The notes: generated by a model not told the origin, from the sequence alone. A stretch of 64,000 nucleotides of DNA from Candidatus Nomurabacteria bacterium (GCA_040376695.1 JBEIQD010000002.1:114436-178435); one strand, 5' to 3'. Counted from the stretch's first letter, positions 19,822 through 29,960 are shown. Translations and numbers: made by a program.

Positions 19822-20535
19822 TTACAATCGTCCGTTACTGTACATGTACCCGAGCAAGAGAAGAATAACAAGCAACATAACGCATGCCATTATTACCAAC
19901 TTCTCGTCTCCGTTTGAGGGCTGAGCACTCGCTTGTGACACCGGAACAAAAGACTGAACTCTTTCTGGAGTTTTATACACAACCCTTTCTTCTACGACAG
20001 GTGTCTGCGTTTTTATTTCTGAATGACTCACTTCTGCATGCGCTTCTTCTGTGGTGTTTTCATAGAACACATCCTTATACCTAGAAAGAGGCCAGATATG
20101 TTCAGACGTTTCAAACGGACGTAATGGTAAGTTATGAGGCAAACCATCTCTTGTTTCAGTACTCTGAACGGGCGCAGACGATATGAGAGATTGCTGTTCA
20201 ATACTAGGAGTGGCGATTACCACGGGTGATACATCGGCAGGTTGAGCTTCTGGTTCTTCTTTCACTTCAACAACTTCGTCATTGTGAGCAAGCAGCAAGT
20301 GTTTATCATCCACTGTTGAGGGTAATACCAACTCAGTCTCTACAGGAGGTAATGGTATATATTCTTTCTCTGGAGAATCTTGAGGGCTTCCAGATTTAAA
20401 CATCATCCTTGCTTCCTCTACTTGCTTTTCTTCCCAACCCCCAGAACGTAAGAGAGTAACAAGCATGCCTTCATCAAGCCCTGGGTGACGGGCGCGAAGT
20501 GTATCTAATGTTTGTTCTATCTCATGTAAGGTCAT
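19822..20535 (-). CDS. Hypothetical protein with C-terminal TM anchor
   Basis: ORF coupled to the upstream TPR gene (1-nt stop/start overlap); P/E-rich linker; hydrophobic tail. Confidence 0.7.
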   Translation of the reverse strand: MTLHEIEQTLDTLRARHPGLDEGMLVTLLRSGGWEEKQVEEARMMFKSGSPQDSPEKEYIPLPPVETELVLPSTVDDKHLLLAHNDEVVEVKEEPEAQPADVSPVVIATPSIEQQSLISSAPVQSTETRDGLPHNLPLRPFETSEHIWPLSRYKDVFYENTTEEAHAEVSHSEIKTQTPVVEERVVYKTPERVQSFVPVSQASAQPSNGDEKLVIMACVMLLVILLLLGYMYSNGRL

Positions 20536-22562
20536 TATTTTTTAGGGGCAGTCTCTGTTTGGGTCGACAAAGATGTGACGAGTGCCTTAATGTCTGCGTT
20601 TTCTGGATTTCTTTTAAGAAGTTCTTCGGCGATTGGTTTTGCCAAATCAGCACGTCCGCCGTCTCGAAGAGATAGTGCAAGAAAGTACGCAACATTTGCA
20701 TTGTTTGGATCTTTTTCAAGTGCAGTGTTAAGTGCTGTGACAGCATTTTGATAATCTTTTTTACCGTAATAAAGAAGACCTGCTTGTGTATACACCAATG
20801 GATCTTGTGGTGCATTCTTTACTGCCTCAAGTGCGTACGTAAGAGCTTCATCAATCTTATCTTCAGATGCTTCAAGTTGGCTCATTAAGTACAAAGCATC
20901 CGCAAAGTTTTGCTTCTTCTTAAGGGCTTCACCTAACTGCGCACGAACACCTTCTTTTGTTCCGGCTGAAGCTTCAAGTCGTGCAAGCATCACATACAGG
21001 TATGGATTATTTGGATACAACTTAACCGCCTCTTCATATGATTTCTTTGCGCGATTATATCCTTCCTCTTTTTCAAAAGGAATCGTTAACTCATACGCTC
21101 TACCAAGTGACACATAGTTCTGGTAGTTGTTACCATTTACCTTTACCGCATCCAGTCCTGCATTTAATGCTGCTTGAGCCTTTTCTAGATACTGTGTTTG
21201 AAGTGCTGCTTGATCTTCAGTTGCACCAGAAACAAGAATACGCTCTCCAGCAATGTAGTACTCTACTAGTGCTCTATAGAATCCATCGTACTGGTATATT
21301 GCTGTTGCGCCCGTAAGGAGCTTCCCAACTTCTTCAGTTGGACCTTTTGAGCTGAACATAGTTTGAGCCTTACTAAAGGCAGAAAACGCTTGCGCTTTTT
21401 GTGCAATCATTACCATGTTCACAACAAACAAAAGTGCTAGTGGGATAAAAAGATATGCAAGTCTCTTGCTTGGGTGATACTCAGACAACTGTGCTTTAGC
21501 AAGTCCCAAACCTGCAACAACCATCCACACAACCAACATCGCAAATGACAACGGAAGAATCCAAGAAACTATTGCCATGTACAAGAGCACAAGAGCAAGA
21601 AATCCTGTAATGAAATGATCTTCCGTTTCTCTTGTTTTTAGGTAACTTATGAATGTACTAAATAATGCCGAAAGTGTCAGCATAAGAAAACTAAGAAGTC
21701 CTACAATACCAACTGTAGTAAGTAGTGTTGTTACTGTACTGAACCCTTGATTAAATTCATATCCAAAGTATGGGGAAGCAATAACATTCATCGGACGGTA
21801 GAGCTGCCACGCGCGCGTATAATCCCCTGCTCCAATTCCAAATATCCCATCTTGAAATAGAACACTCTTTCCAACTGCAAACGAACTTACAAAATTAGGG
21901 CGAATAGCGTCAGATGATGCGATACTCACAATCCATGCAAGAAACACCATTGCGGTTGTTATAACAATAAACTTATAACGATTTTTAATTTTTGCTTTCT
22001 TTGAAAAGAAGAAGGCTCCAAGTACGAAGATTCCAACATATGCACTGAACGAAACTGAGTTTGAAAATCCTGAGAAAGCATTTTCAAATGTATCCATAAA
22101 TGTTCCATTAAACATTCTCCCAATCATAAGAATAAACACGGAGACTCCTAGAATGATTGCAAGAATATATTTCATTCGCAGACGCAATGTGTCAGGAAGT
22201 GTTCGAACAAGGTACACAATAACAGGAAGCGCTAAGAGCGAAACTCCTGCTAGCGGATTAAAAGCGTCCCCAAAGAGTGCGCTTCTTTGATCTCGTGCAA
22301 ACAGTACAGAAAAGATGACTGCAAGAGAAAATGCAAAGTAAGAGATAAACTCAAGACGAGATACGCTATGCCACTGACGCTTTAAAACTGCTGACACAGC
22401 GTATGAAATGAGCGCAACAGACACTACTACCATCATAGTAATGTAGTACGTAATCTCAGGAGCAAATCCAGTTCCTGGAATAAAGAAAAGAGGTGACCCT
22501 ACGATAATAAAAACTGTTGCATACTGATAAAGTCGTGTTAAAAAAGAAGCTAAAAATTTCAT
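20535..22562 (-). CDS. Polytopic membrane protein (O-antigen-ligase-like region) with C-terminal TPR repeats
   Basis: About 12 TM segments, FGIGAG motif, repeated TPR helices (A..L.P.N). Confidence 0.8.
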   Translation of the reverse strand: MKFLASFLTRLYQYATVFIIVGSPLFFIPGTGFAPEITYYITMMVVVSVALISYAVSAVLKRQWHSVSRLEFISYFAFSLAVIFSVLFARDQRSALFGDAFNPLAGVSLLALPVIVYLVRTLPDTLRLRMKYILAIILGVSVFILMIGRMFNGTFMDTFENAFSGFSNSVSFSAYVGIFVLGAFFFSKKAKIKNRYKFIVITTAMVFLAWIVSIASSDAIRPNFVSSFAVGKSVLFQDGIFGIGAGDYTRAWQLYRPMNVIASPYFGYEFNQGFSTVTTLLTTVGIVGLLSFLMLTLSALFSTFISYLKTRETEDHFITGFLALVLLYMAIVSWILPLSFAMLVVWMVVAGLGLAKAQLSEYHPSKRLAYLFIPLALLFVVNMVMIAQKAQAFSAFSKAQTMFSSKGPTEEVGKLLTGATAIYQYDGFYRALVEYYIAGERILVSGATEDQAALQTQYLEKAQAALNAGLDAVKVNGNNYQNYVSLGRAYELTIPFEKEEGYNRAKKSYEEAVKLYPNNPYLYVMLARLEASAGTKEGVRAQLGEALKKKQNFADALYLMSQLEASEDKIDEALTYALEAVKNAPQDPLVYTQAGLLYYGKKDYQNAVTALNTALEKDPNNANVAYFLALSLRDGGRADLAKPIAEELLKRNPENADIKALVTSLSTQTETAPKK

Positions 22563-22838
22563 TGTATAAATTGAGTTAATGTAATGCCTATATAGATTCA
22601 GTATAGCTCTTTTAAGATACAAATACTGTGGACAGTATGCGTGAAGATTGAGGTGCTCTATAGGCTATACTGTAGATATCTATGAACGAACAATTTACTC
22701 CTTCTCCATCTGAAAATACAATACAACAACCAAGTGGTCCTACTCACTCTTTTCTTCATAAAATACTTTTCTTTTTCTTTGTAATTCTTTTCATTGTCGC
22801 GCTTCTGTATCTTGTATACCATAACGGAAAAAGTATCT

Positions 22839-24413
22839 ATGTTAACGGTATCTAAACATGAAGGCGCTTCTGTTCCACCTCTTTTTGCGGACCTTTCAAA
22901 AATAATTCTGGGAGATGTTGATTGTTCACATCTTGCAATAAAAACACACAGCACTGATGGTTCACCTTATAGTGTTCGCCCGCAAGCCATCCTCTATCCG
23001 AAAACAACTGGCGACATCAAACATGCAATCGCTTTTGCTCGCGAATATCAAATCCCTCTCACTGTTTCTGGTGGGCAAACATCAGCAAGTGGAAGCGCTC
23101 TGAGCGAAGGAATACTTCTCGATATGACGAGATACTTTTCTCATACTCGAACAATGAATGCAATGGAACACACGGTGATAGTTGACGCAGGTGTGCGAAT
23201 TGATGATCTTAAAGAAAAACTTGCTTCGTGGAATATGGAAATACCTGTGCTTCAAGATGAACATGGGGATGCGACGGTTGGTGGATTGGTCGCGACAAAA
23301 AGCGCCACAGCAAGCACCTTCTATGCAGGAACTATTCGTGAATGGATTGAAGCAATAACTGTTGTGGTTGATACAGGAGAAGAGCATCATTTGAAAGACG
23401 GGATTAGTCCAAGCGGTAGACTCTTGGGTATTTACCAATCAGTCTTCCCTCTTCTTTCAGCTTCTGGTCCAACCCTTCGTGCGGCAAGACGAGAATGCAG
23501 TGATGACGCTACAGGATATTCATTATGGAATGTTTCCATTGGACCTCGTCAGCTTATTGATAATCTTGTCGGCTCAGAAGGTACGCTTGCAGTCATCACC
23601 TCTGTTACCTTTCGTATTGTACAAAAGAAGAAACACACTGCCACAATTCTTATTCCTGTGTCTGATTCTACAAAAATAGAAAGTTATGTAGATGTTGCAA
23701 AACATCACCGTGCACACCGTCTCTTTATTTTCGATGAAACATTTAGAACGCTTACTGACACATTTCATACAGGATTGTTGCAAAAAACACTTACTCGCTC
23801 ACCATTTACGCTCGTCGTCTCTCTACAAGGAGATGATCTCCCTCTTCTTATGAAGGAAGTAAAAGCTCTTTCAAAAGCATTAGTTGATACTGACGAACTG
23901 GAATTACTTGATGAAAGAACGGCTTCTACGATTATGAGTCATTCTTTTCTTACTTCTCTTTTTCAATCATACTCAAAAGGTCTCCACATGATCGCAACCG
24001 CAGGAAGTGGAATCATTGTTCCTATGCGCTCATACAATGAGTGCGCACAAGCTCTTACAACACACATGGGATTAACGGGAAAACTTTTTACCCTTACAGG
24101 ATTTGTAGGAAGTGGACATATTGCAATAACCACAGCATTTGATTCTCAAAGCTCTACCTATGAAAAAGAACTGCAAACATACCGTGAAAATCTTTTTCAT
24201 ATTGTTGAGACATGGAAAGGAGGAATAAGTGCGGTTGGAGGCGATGGACTTGAGAGGACTGCAGCTCTTTCACATGTGTACAATGAAGCAACCCGTGAGA
24301 TATTCAAAAAAGTAAAAGAAGCTTGGGATCCACTTTCTATTTTTAATCCAAGTAAAAAAATACACATCTCAAAGGACTACCTTATTCAACATGCAGTACG
24401 CAGCTTAGAGTAA
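22839..24413 (+). CDS. FAD-binding oxidoreductase (GlcD/D-lactate dehydrogenase-like)
   Basis: GGQTS, ATVGG, GSEGTLAVIT, DPLSIFNP motifs. Confidence 0.85.
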   Translation: MLTVSKHEGASVPPLFADLSKIILGDVDCSHLAIKTHSTDGSPYSVRPQAILYPKTTGDIKHAIAFAREYQIPLTVSGGQTSASGSALSEGILLDMTRYFSHTRTMNAMEHTVIVDAGVRIDDLKEKLASWNMEIPVLQDEHGDATVGGLVATKSATASTFYAGTIREWIEAITVVVDTGEEHHLKDGISPSGRLLGIYQSVFPLLSASGPTLRAARRECSDDATGYSLWNVSIGPRQLIDNLVGSEGTLAVITSVTFRIVQKKKHTATILIPVSDSTKIESYVDVAKHHRAHRLFIFDETFRTLTDTFHTGLLQKTLTRSPFTLVVSLQGDDLPLLMKEVKALSKALVDTDELELLDERTASTIMSHSFLTSLFQSYSKGLHMIATAGSGIIVPMRSYNECAQALTTHMGLTGKLFTLTGFVGSGHIAITTAFDSQSSTYEKELQTYRENLFHIVETWKGGISAVGGDGLERTAALSHVYNEATREIFKKVKEAWDPLSIFNPSKKIHISKDYLIQHAVRSLE

Positions 24414-24415
24414 GC

Positions 24416-24808
24416 TTACTTTAAAAGATGTTTTATTTGATCCTTAGGGTCAAAACTTCCTCGAACAATTTCTCTCGCCCAAATACGAAATTCTTTTCCC
24501 CACTCACCTTTCACGCGAAACCCGAGCGCAATAACAACATCAGGATTATATACAAATATTTTTCTAGCAACCTTTTTCTTCCCTTCAGCTTGGGTCACTA
24601 TAAGTTCTCGCTCGCTTAGTGACTTAGTAAGTTCTTTTTCTCGGTAGATTTTCTTTAAGTGATCATTGACGGTTGGAATACTTCTCCCGTAAATACGAGC
24701 AATTCTTTTCTGTGTACTCCACACTTCATTATCCAAAATGAAAACACCCTCTTTTACTAACTTGGGGTATTGGTCCATATGCACATGCATAAGGTTCGAG
24801 TTCTTCAT
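24416..24808 (-). CDS. RhuM/Fic-associated DNA-binding domain protein
   Basis: VWSTQKRIA..Y, HLKKIY.E.EL, YN.DVVIALGFRV, FRIWA. Confidence 0.82.
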   Translation of the reverse strand: MKNSNLMHVHMDQYPKLVKEGVFILDNEVWSTQKRIARIYGRSIPTVNDHLKKIYREKELTKSLSERELIVTQAEGKKKVARKIFVYNPDVVIALGFRVKGEWGKEFRIWAREIVRGSFDPKDQIKHLLK

Positions 24809-24824
24809 ATCAAAAGTATACCAC

Positions 24825-25271
24825 TTAGAACTTGTTAGTTTTTCTCACCTCTTCTCGTACTTCCATCCACAATTTTCCAAGATGGTTCTTTCCATCTTTA
24901 TTCGGACCCCAGCCCCAGAAATTATCTCGCCAAGAATCTTCAACAAGTTCTCTATCTCCGGATTCGAGCAGCTTCTTTAATACGTATGGATGCTGTGCAA
25001 CTTTCGCATGAAGAATTTCTTTCATAACACTAAGCTTGATTTCATTCCAATCAGGACGTTGAAGTGGTTTATTCACTTGAGCGTATGTGAAGGCATCATG
25101 AGCTGATCGCATACCTGCGATAGCTTGCTTCATACTTTCATCTGTAAAACGTTCAGCGTGATATGCATGCTCTGATGTCATCCACACCACCCCTTTCCGT
25201 TCAAGGGCAAACGAAGAGAAGTTCGAAAACACATAATACTCATGTTCGTAGAAACAAATAGGCTCGTTCAT
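24825..25271 (-). CDS. NADAR family protein (YbiA-like N-glycosidase)
   Basis: FSNFS, TSEHAY, RPDW, ELVEDS..D.FWG, GKNHLGKLWM. Confidence 0.9.
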   Translation of the reverse strand: MNEPICFYEHEYYVFSNFSSFALERKGVVWMTSEHAYHAERFTDESMKQAIAGMRSAHDAFTYAQVNKPLQRPDWNEIKLSVMKEILHAKVAQHPYVLKKLLESGDRELVEDSWRDNFWGWGPNKDGKNHLGKLWMEVREEVRKTNKF

Positions 25272-25316
25272 TCTGTGAGTATACCAAAATAAAAGCGGCC
25301 GTACGGCCGCTTTTAT

Positions 25317-25847
25317 TTATCTATTTACTAGAACAGTGATAGCTTTTTTCAAATGTTCCCGAGTAGACTCGTCGGTAAGTTTTCCTTCAGCGTTAAACTT
25401 TTCATGTGCCGAACTAAGGTAAAATTCTGGTTGTCCTAGAACGTTTCCATTAAGGTACAACATAACTTGCTTAAGATGTGACTGTCCAAGTGTTGTTCCG
25501 GTTGGTGCGGGTGTTGTTCCGAGAATGAGAACAGGCTTTGCATCAAAAGCGTTCATTCCATATGGTCGAGACGCCCAATCAATAGCATTCTTAAGTACTC
25601 CTGGAATTGAGCGATTGTATTCTGGTGTTGCAAAAATAACTCCATCAGAAGCAAGTATTTTATCCTTAAGTGCTTGTGCTTCAGCTGGAAAAGAAACTTC
25701 CAAATCCTGATTATAAAGCGGAATTGATGAGATATCGTATATCTCAATGTTAGCAACCCCTTCCGCGACTTCTTTCGCAGCTTCTAGTAAACGTGTATTG
25801 AAAGAATCCTTACGGAGACTTCCTGACATAGCAATAAATGTTTTCAT
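25317..25847 (-). CDS. NADPH-dependent FMN reductase (ChrR-like)
   Basis: GSLRKDSFN, TPEYNRSIPGVLKNAIDWASRP. Confidence 0.92.
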   Translation of the reverse strand: MKTFIAMSGSLRKDSFNTRLLEAAKEVAEGVANIEIYDISSIPLYNQDLEVSFPAEAQALKDKILASDGVIFATPEYNRSIPGVLKNAIDWASRPYGMNAFDAKPVLILGTTPAPTGTTLGQSHLKQVMLYLNGNVLGQPEFYLSSAHEKFNAEGKLTDESTREHLKKAITVLVNR

Positions 25848-25928
25848 GGTTTCAAATATATTCTTAGGTAGTAAGAATCTGAGTGTACGTTAGTTACTTT
25901 ACTTTGTAAAGTATTGTATACTAGGAAC

Positions 25929-26258
25929 ATGAAAAAGCTAGACGAAAAAGATCCTGATTTTTGTCCCATTGCTCGCGTAGCCGAGCTTCTTGGTGATCCT
26001 TGCACGCTTCTTATCGTAAGAGATCTTCTTAAAGGAAATAAGCGGTTCAAAGATTTTGAGGAGTCCCTCTCGCCCATGAGCACTCGCACCATCAGCAACA
26101 AACTGAAAATTTTGGAAGAAAAAAACATTATTACAAGAACAGAGTTCAAGGAGAAGCCGCCGCGTGTGGAGTATGCGTTAACAAAAGAAGGTTTAAAGTT
26201 GCATGGACTGATTGAAGAAATGAAAACGTACGGGAAAAAGTATCTACAAAGAATTTAA
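25929..26258 (+). CDS. HxlR-family winged-helix regulator
   Basis: CPI...L, G..RF, L..LE, PPRVEYALT; divergent from the FMN reductase. Confidence 0.9.
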   Translation: MKKLDEKDPDFCPIARVAELLGDPCTLLIVRDLLKGNKRFKDFEESLSPMSTRTISNKLKILEEKNIITRTEFKEKPPRVEYALTKEGLKLHGLIEEMKTYGKKYLQRI

Positions 26259-26638
26259 AGCACCTCTTGAGTAAAAATACTTTTTAGTTTTGTGGCGTCC
26301 GAAAAATCGGTTATCTGTTCTGGTGCATGATTAAGGATATTAAAACCCATTTCATCGTAGCGAGGAACTAGATGCCAATGAACATGTTTTACTTCATCAA
26401 GATACAGAAGATACACTTTTTCTAGACCATACACTTCGCGTACAGCTTTTCTCGTTAACTCAACAATATCCATAAGATACTCATACTCTTCCCTATTTAA
26501 CATCTGAATATCTTCCCTTCTTTCTTTCCAAACCACAATAGAGTGTCCTTGTGTAATAGGAAATGAGGCAAGACAAACATATACCTTGTCGTCTTCATAA
26601 TAAATAGATTCCAGCGGCGGAGTTAATAAGTCTTCCAT
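26255..26638 (-). CDS. HIT family protein
   Basis: HVHWHLVPRY HIT motif; GHSIVV. Confidence 0.9.
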   Translation of the reverse strand: MEDLLTPPLESIYYEDDKVYVCLASFPITQGHSIVVWKERREDIQMLNREEYEYLMDIVELTRKAVREVYGLEKVYLLYLDEVKHVHWHLVPRYDEMGFNILNHAPEQITDFSDATKLKSIFTQEVL

Positions 26639-26667
26639 GTTATTGCTTAGTATATCAGTTCGAAATA

Positions 26668-26712
26668 ACAACAAAATAACCGCCTTCAAATTGAAGGCGG
26701 TTATTTTGTTGT
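26668..26712. terminator. Long perfect hairpin, probably the native tRNA-His terminator displaced by the element
   Basis: ACAACAAAATAACCGCCTTCAA / TTGAAGGCGGTTATTTTGTTGT inverted repeat just outside the left att core. Confidence 0.75.
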
Positions 26713-26770
26713 GAAAACTGTGTGCCGTAGTAGAGATGATTAGAACCAGTATAACCCACCCATCTCCACA

Positions 26771-29353
26771 CTATTTATAATTAAACTTTTCCTTAAGATC
26801 TTTATAGTCCTGAACAAGACCTGCATAGGTTGGCTCGGGCTCTTCATCCGTCTGATTGTGTCTATTACCTTTTCTGCTGGTCTTATCAAAAAGATCATTC
26901 AGTTCTTTTACTTTATCTTTAGGCATTTCTGGAAGCAACGACAAACTAGACATCCTTAGATTAGCTCTATATCTACTGACGATACCCGCAAACATGATCT
27001 TTTCGACGTAGTCCTCAAGATAGTTACTCATTAGGTCATAAACAACTCCCAAATCTACACGTGAACGTTTAGGCGCTTTCTCTAGAATTTTCATTCTTTC
27101 ATCCATCTCTTCAATCTTTAGCTTTAGAGTACTAGCTGTGTCTAGTTTGGTAGATTCTAAAATTACTAATCCATCCATCTTTTTGAGATGAACCACTTTT
27201 TTAGTCTCATATTCCAACGAGTTTAGAAAATAGAGATTGTGGGTAAACACAATTACTTGATTATTTTCAGCAAGCTTCAGTATTCGCTTAGCAACATTCG
27301 TTATATTATCCTCGTCTAGACTGTTTACTGGATCATCAAAAATGTAGATACCCTCGTATTTGTTTACTTCACACTGCGCAAAGAAGTCCGCGAGCGAGTG
27401 GAGTTTCCTTTCTCCTTCGCTAAAAATATCACCTATTCTTTTATCGTCTAAACTGTAAGTTCTCTTATTCACGCCGTCTCTAGTTGTGGGCTTTATGCTC
27501 CAATATGGAGGAACAGTAAACTTTAAGCGTTTATATTCCTCAGAAAGACAGGTTTCGAATTCCTTTAATCCTGCGACTTTAGAAAACTCAGACTCTGCAC
27601 GACTTATAGATTGCTTAAGAACATATACCGCTTCGCGCTTTGCTTGTAGTTTCTCTCTTTCTTTTTTACTAGCTAAATACGAGATGATTGTTTTCTTGTT
27701 TTTCTCAATAATCGCCTCTTCTTCTAGAGGTAAAGCTTCTGCTGTCAAACTACGAACTGACTCAACTTTGTCAGTTGTTAGTTTCTCTAGTTTAGCTATC
27801 TCAACCCCAAAAGCTTCACATACAGATTCGTACTCTTTATAAAAAGTTTTTAATTTATCTATTTCCTCATCAGTCAAGCTAATAGCGGAGAAGTCCTTTA
27901 ACCCTTTTTCAATCTTTTTATAAATTCCCACTATCTCTTCAAGATTAGGAATAAGAGGTTCAGTCTTTTGTATATGACTAAACTCTGCTTCAATAGTCTC
28001 ATTGGTGCTTGCTAAGTCCTCTATCATTCTTATCTCTCTAGAAACATCCCCAGCTAGTTCGTTTATCTGACCTCTTTCTCTTCTTAGTTTACTTTCATGA
28101 TCGGAGGCTATTTCCCCGTAGGCTTTGATGAGGCTTTTCGATTCTGGAGTTGCTAAATGTTGCTGGCAATATAGGCAAGTTTCTGAAGCATATTCATGTT
28201 GAGAATCATGATCAAGTGTTTTAGTGAATTCTATACTCTTCTGAACGAAATCATTCCAAAGATCATCTTCTATCCACCCGCCTGCGACTAGTTGAGCTAT
28301 TTTGCCTCTTCCGTTTTCTTCAAATGCTTTCTTTGCAAGATTGAAATTCTCGATCCTGTCGCTGAAACTTTTTATCTTCTCCTTGTCGTATCGAAGCACC
28401 CATTCTCCCTCGTCATTCTCATCAGCAATACTTTTTAAGACATCTACAGCTTCTCTACTGGCAGTACGAATATTTTTTAAAGTCTCTTGTGGGTTATCTT
28501 TATTTAAAGTCTCAAGAGTCTTTTTTAGACTTGCCAGATGTTTCTTTTTCTTTGCGTCAAAATTAATAGTAGCAAGCTTAGCTTCAATATCTTCTTCAGA
28601 CAAATCAAGAAGGTCTGAAACATCTTCCTCTAAGATTGCTTCTGCGGAAGTAATTGAGGAATCTGTATCATCAATAGCCCTGTCTAGCACTTCTTCAACT
28701 CTTTCATAAAGATCTCTTAAGTAAGAAAAATACTCAAGCTTAAGGTGTGCAATTTTAAAAGCATTAGTTTGATCAGATTCAACTAAAATTTGAGATATAC
28801 CCCCGTCGAATATCTTAATAGGAAAACTCTTTGAGACTTCACCAGTTTTCCAGTTTAGAGTTTTACTAGCCCCGTCGAGTCCTTCGTAAACTAATGAGCA
28901 TTCTGAATTCTTAATCGCAGAAGCAAGATTGGGATACACTTGCTTGTTTATTCCGAAGAGTTTGCAAAGAGCAAGATATACGGAACTTTTACCCGCTCCA
29001 TTCTTTCCATAAAACACATTTAATCCCTTATCTAGAGCTATAGGCTCCTTTATATCCAGCAATCCGACATTTAGTATCTTAGAGATTTCTTTTATCGCCT
29101 TAGCTTCTGACCCAGACTCTGCCAACGTAACAACCTCAGTCTTCTTTGAAGAACCAGTTTTTGCCTTCTTTGGAGACCTCTTAAGCTCCAATGCAACTGT
29201 AGAAATTTCTTCATCATCAAGACAATCACTTAAAACAGACTCAACCAGAGGTTGAATCCATGCATATTTTTTATCAACACAAACAGAACTAGCCTTTATG
29301 TGGCTAATTGCGTCAGGAAGAATGATTGCGTCTTTGTCTCCTTCTGGTGGCAT
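26771..29353 (-). CDS. Rad50/SMC-like ABC-ATPase with zinc hook and C-terminal HEPN-like RxxxxH (RloC-like)
   Basis: Walker A GKNGAGKS, coiled coils, CLYC hook, FSEGE signature, IFDDPVNSLD, FTHN, C-terminal RKGNRH. Confidence 0.78.
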   Translation of the reverse strand: MPPEGDKDAIILPDAISHIKASSVCVDKKYAWIQPLVESVLSDCLDDEEISTVALELKRSPKKAKTGSSKKTEVVTLAESGSEAKAIKEISKILNVGLLDIKEPIALDKGLNVFYGKNGAGKSSVYLALCKLFGINKQVYPNLASAIKNSECSLVYEGLDGASKTLNWKTGEVSKSFPIKIFDGGISQILVESDQTNAFKIAHLKLEYFSYLRDLYERVEEVLDRAIDDTDSSITSAEAILEEDVSDLLDLSEEDIEAKLATINFDAKKKKHLASLKKTLETLNKDNPQETLKNIRTASREAVDVLKSIADENDEGEWVLRYDKEKIKSFSDRIENFNLAKKAFEENGRGKIAQLVAGGWIEDDLWNDFVQKSIEFTKTLDHDSQHEYASETCLYCQQHLATPESKSLIKAYGEIASDHESKLRRERGQINELAGDVSREIRMIEDLASTNETIEAEFSHIQKTEPLIPNLEEIVGIYKKIEKGLKDFSAISLTDEEIDKLKTFYKEYESVCEAFGVEIAKLEKLTTDKVESVRSLTAEALPLEEEAIIEKNKKTIISYLASKKEREKLQAKREAVYVLKQSISRAESEFSKVAGLKEFETCLSEEYKRLKFTVPPYWSIKPTTRDGVNKRTYSLDDKRIGDIFSEGERKLHSLADFFAQCEVNKYEGIYIFDDPVNSLDEDNITNVAKRILKLAENNQVIVFTHNLYFLNSLEYETKKVVHLKKMDGLVILESTKLDTASTLKLKIEEMDERMKILEKAPKRSRVDLGVVYDLMSNYLEDYVEKIMFAGIVSRYRANLRMSSLSLLPEMPKDKVKELNDLFDKTSRKGNRHNQTDEEPEPTYAGLVQDYKDLKEKFNYK

Positions 29354-29397
29354 TGGCTAAAGTATATGCCTTTTCAGATTGTATAGATACTACCAAT

Positions 29398-29820
29398 TTA
29401 AGACTCTTTTTTGAGCTCAGCGATCTCGTTAATCATATATTTTTCTGTCTCAGTAACTGTGACCGTACCCGCTTCAATTTGCCAAGCTTGAGAGATGATA
29501 GTCTCATTTGTAAAAAGGTTCTTAACCGACCAAGCCTTATGCGCGATTTGTGATTTATTGTCATACATAAAAACCTTCTCCAAAGAAAGACAAGCCTTCT
29601 TTGCAGGACTAAAGAAAACTTCGAAATCAACAGATGAAATACTCTCATTGTTTATTTCACTCTTCTCTTGCTTCTTTAGGTCTGGTAAAAAAGTGGCACA
29701 TTTCATATCCATAGCAAGCCCGTCATCTTTTTTACTCTCCTTTTCTAGAAAAAACGAATAACCCAATACAACGTTAAGGAGAACAGAAGCACACAAGAAG
29801 AATGTTATGTTTCGATTCAT
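29398..29820 (-). CDS. Hypothetical membrane-anchored protein
   Basis: MNRNITFFLCASVLLNVVLGY N-terminal TM and two further Cys; the upstream ORF extension overlaps a structured leader. Confidence 0.65.
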   Translation of the reverse strand: MNRNITFFLCASVLLNVVLGYSFFLEKESKKDDGLAMDMKCATFLPDLKKQEKSEINNESISSVDFEVFFSPAKKACLSLEKVFMYDNKSQIAHKAWSVKNLFTNETIISQAWQIEAGTVTVTETEKYMINEIAELKKES

Positions 29821-29837
29821 GATATGTAAAAGATCTG

Positions 29838-29960
29838 GTGGGCAAACAAAAAGCCCATTACCAGTTATGGTCGTAAGACCAACATGTGCCTTTCGACACA
29901 CGACACTCAGCATGCCCACTGATAATGGGTTCTTTATTGCTGAGTGATTTTTAAAACCAT
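29838..29960 (-). ncRNA. Structured leader RNA with alternative pairings (C4/CI-like antisense or attenuator)
   Basis: 12-bp closing stem CCCAUUAUCAGU/ACUGGUAAUGGG enclosing a GAAA-tetraloop hairpin and UGGUC-UUAC-GACCA, followed by a U-tract; internal UGCUGAGUG complementary to upstream CACUCAGCA. Confidence 0.55.

Noticed and set aside
22690-22770. Purine-rich minus-strand stretch resembling a T-box Stem I or SD-led mini-ORF
   Set aside because: No UGGNACC antiterminator; only an 11-codon TTG ORF follows the AAGGAG.
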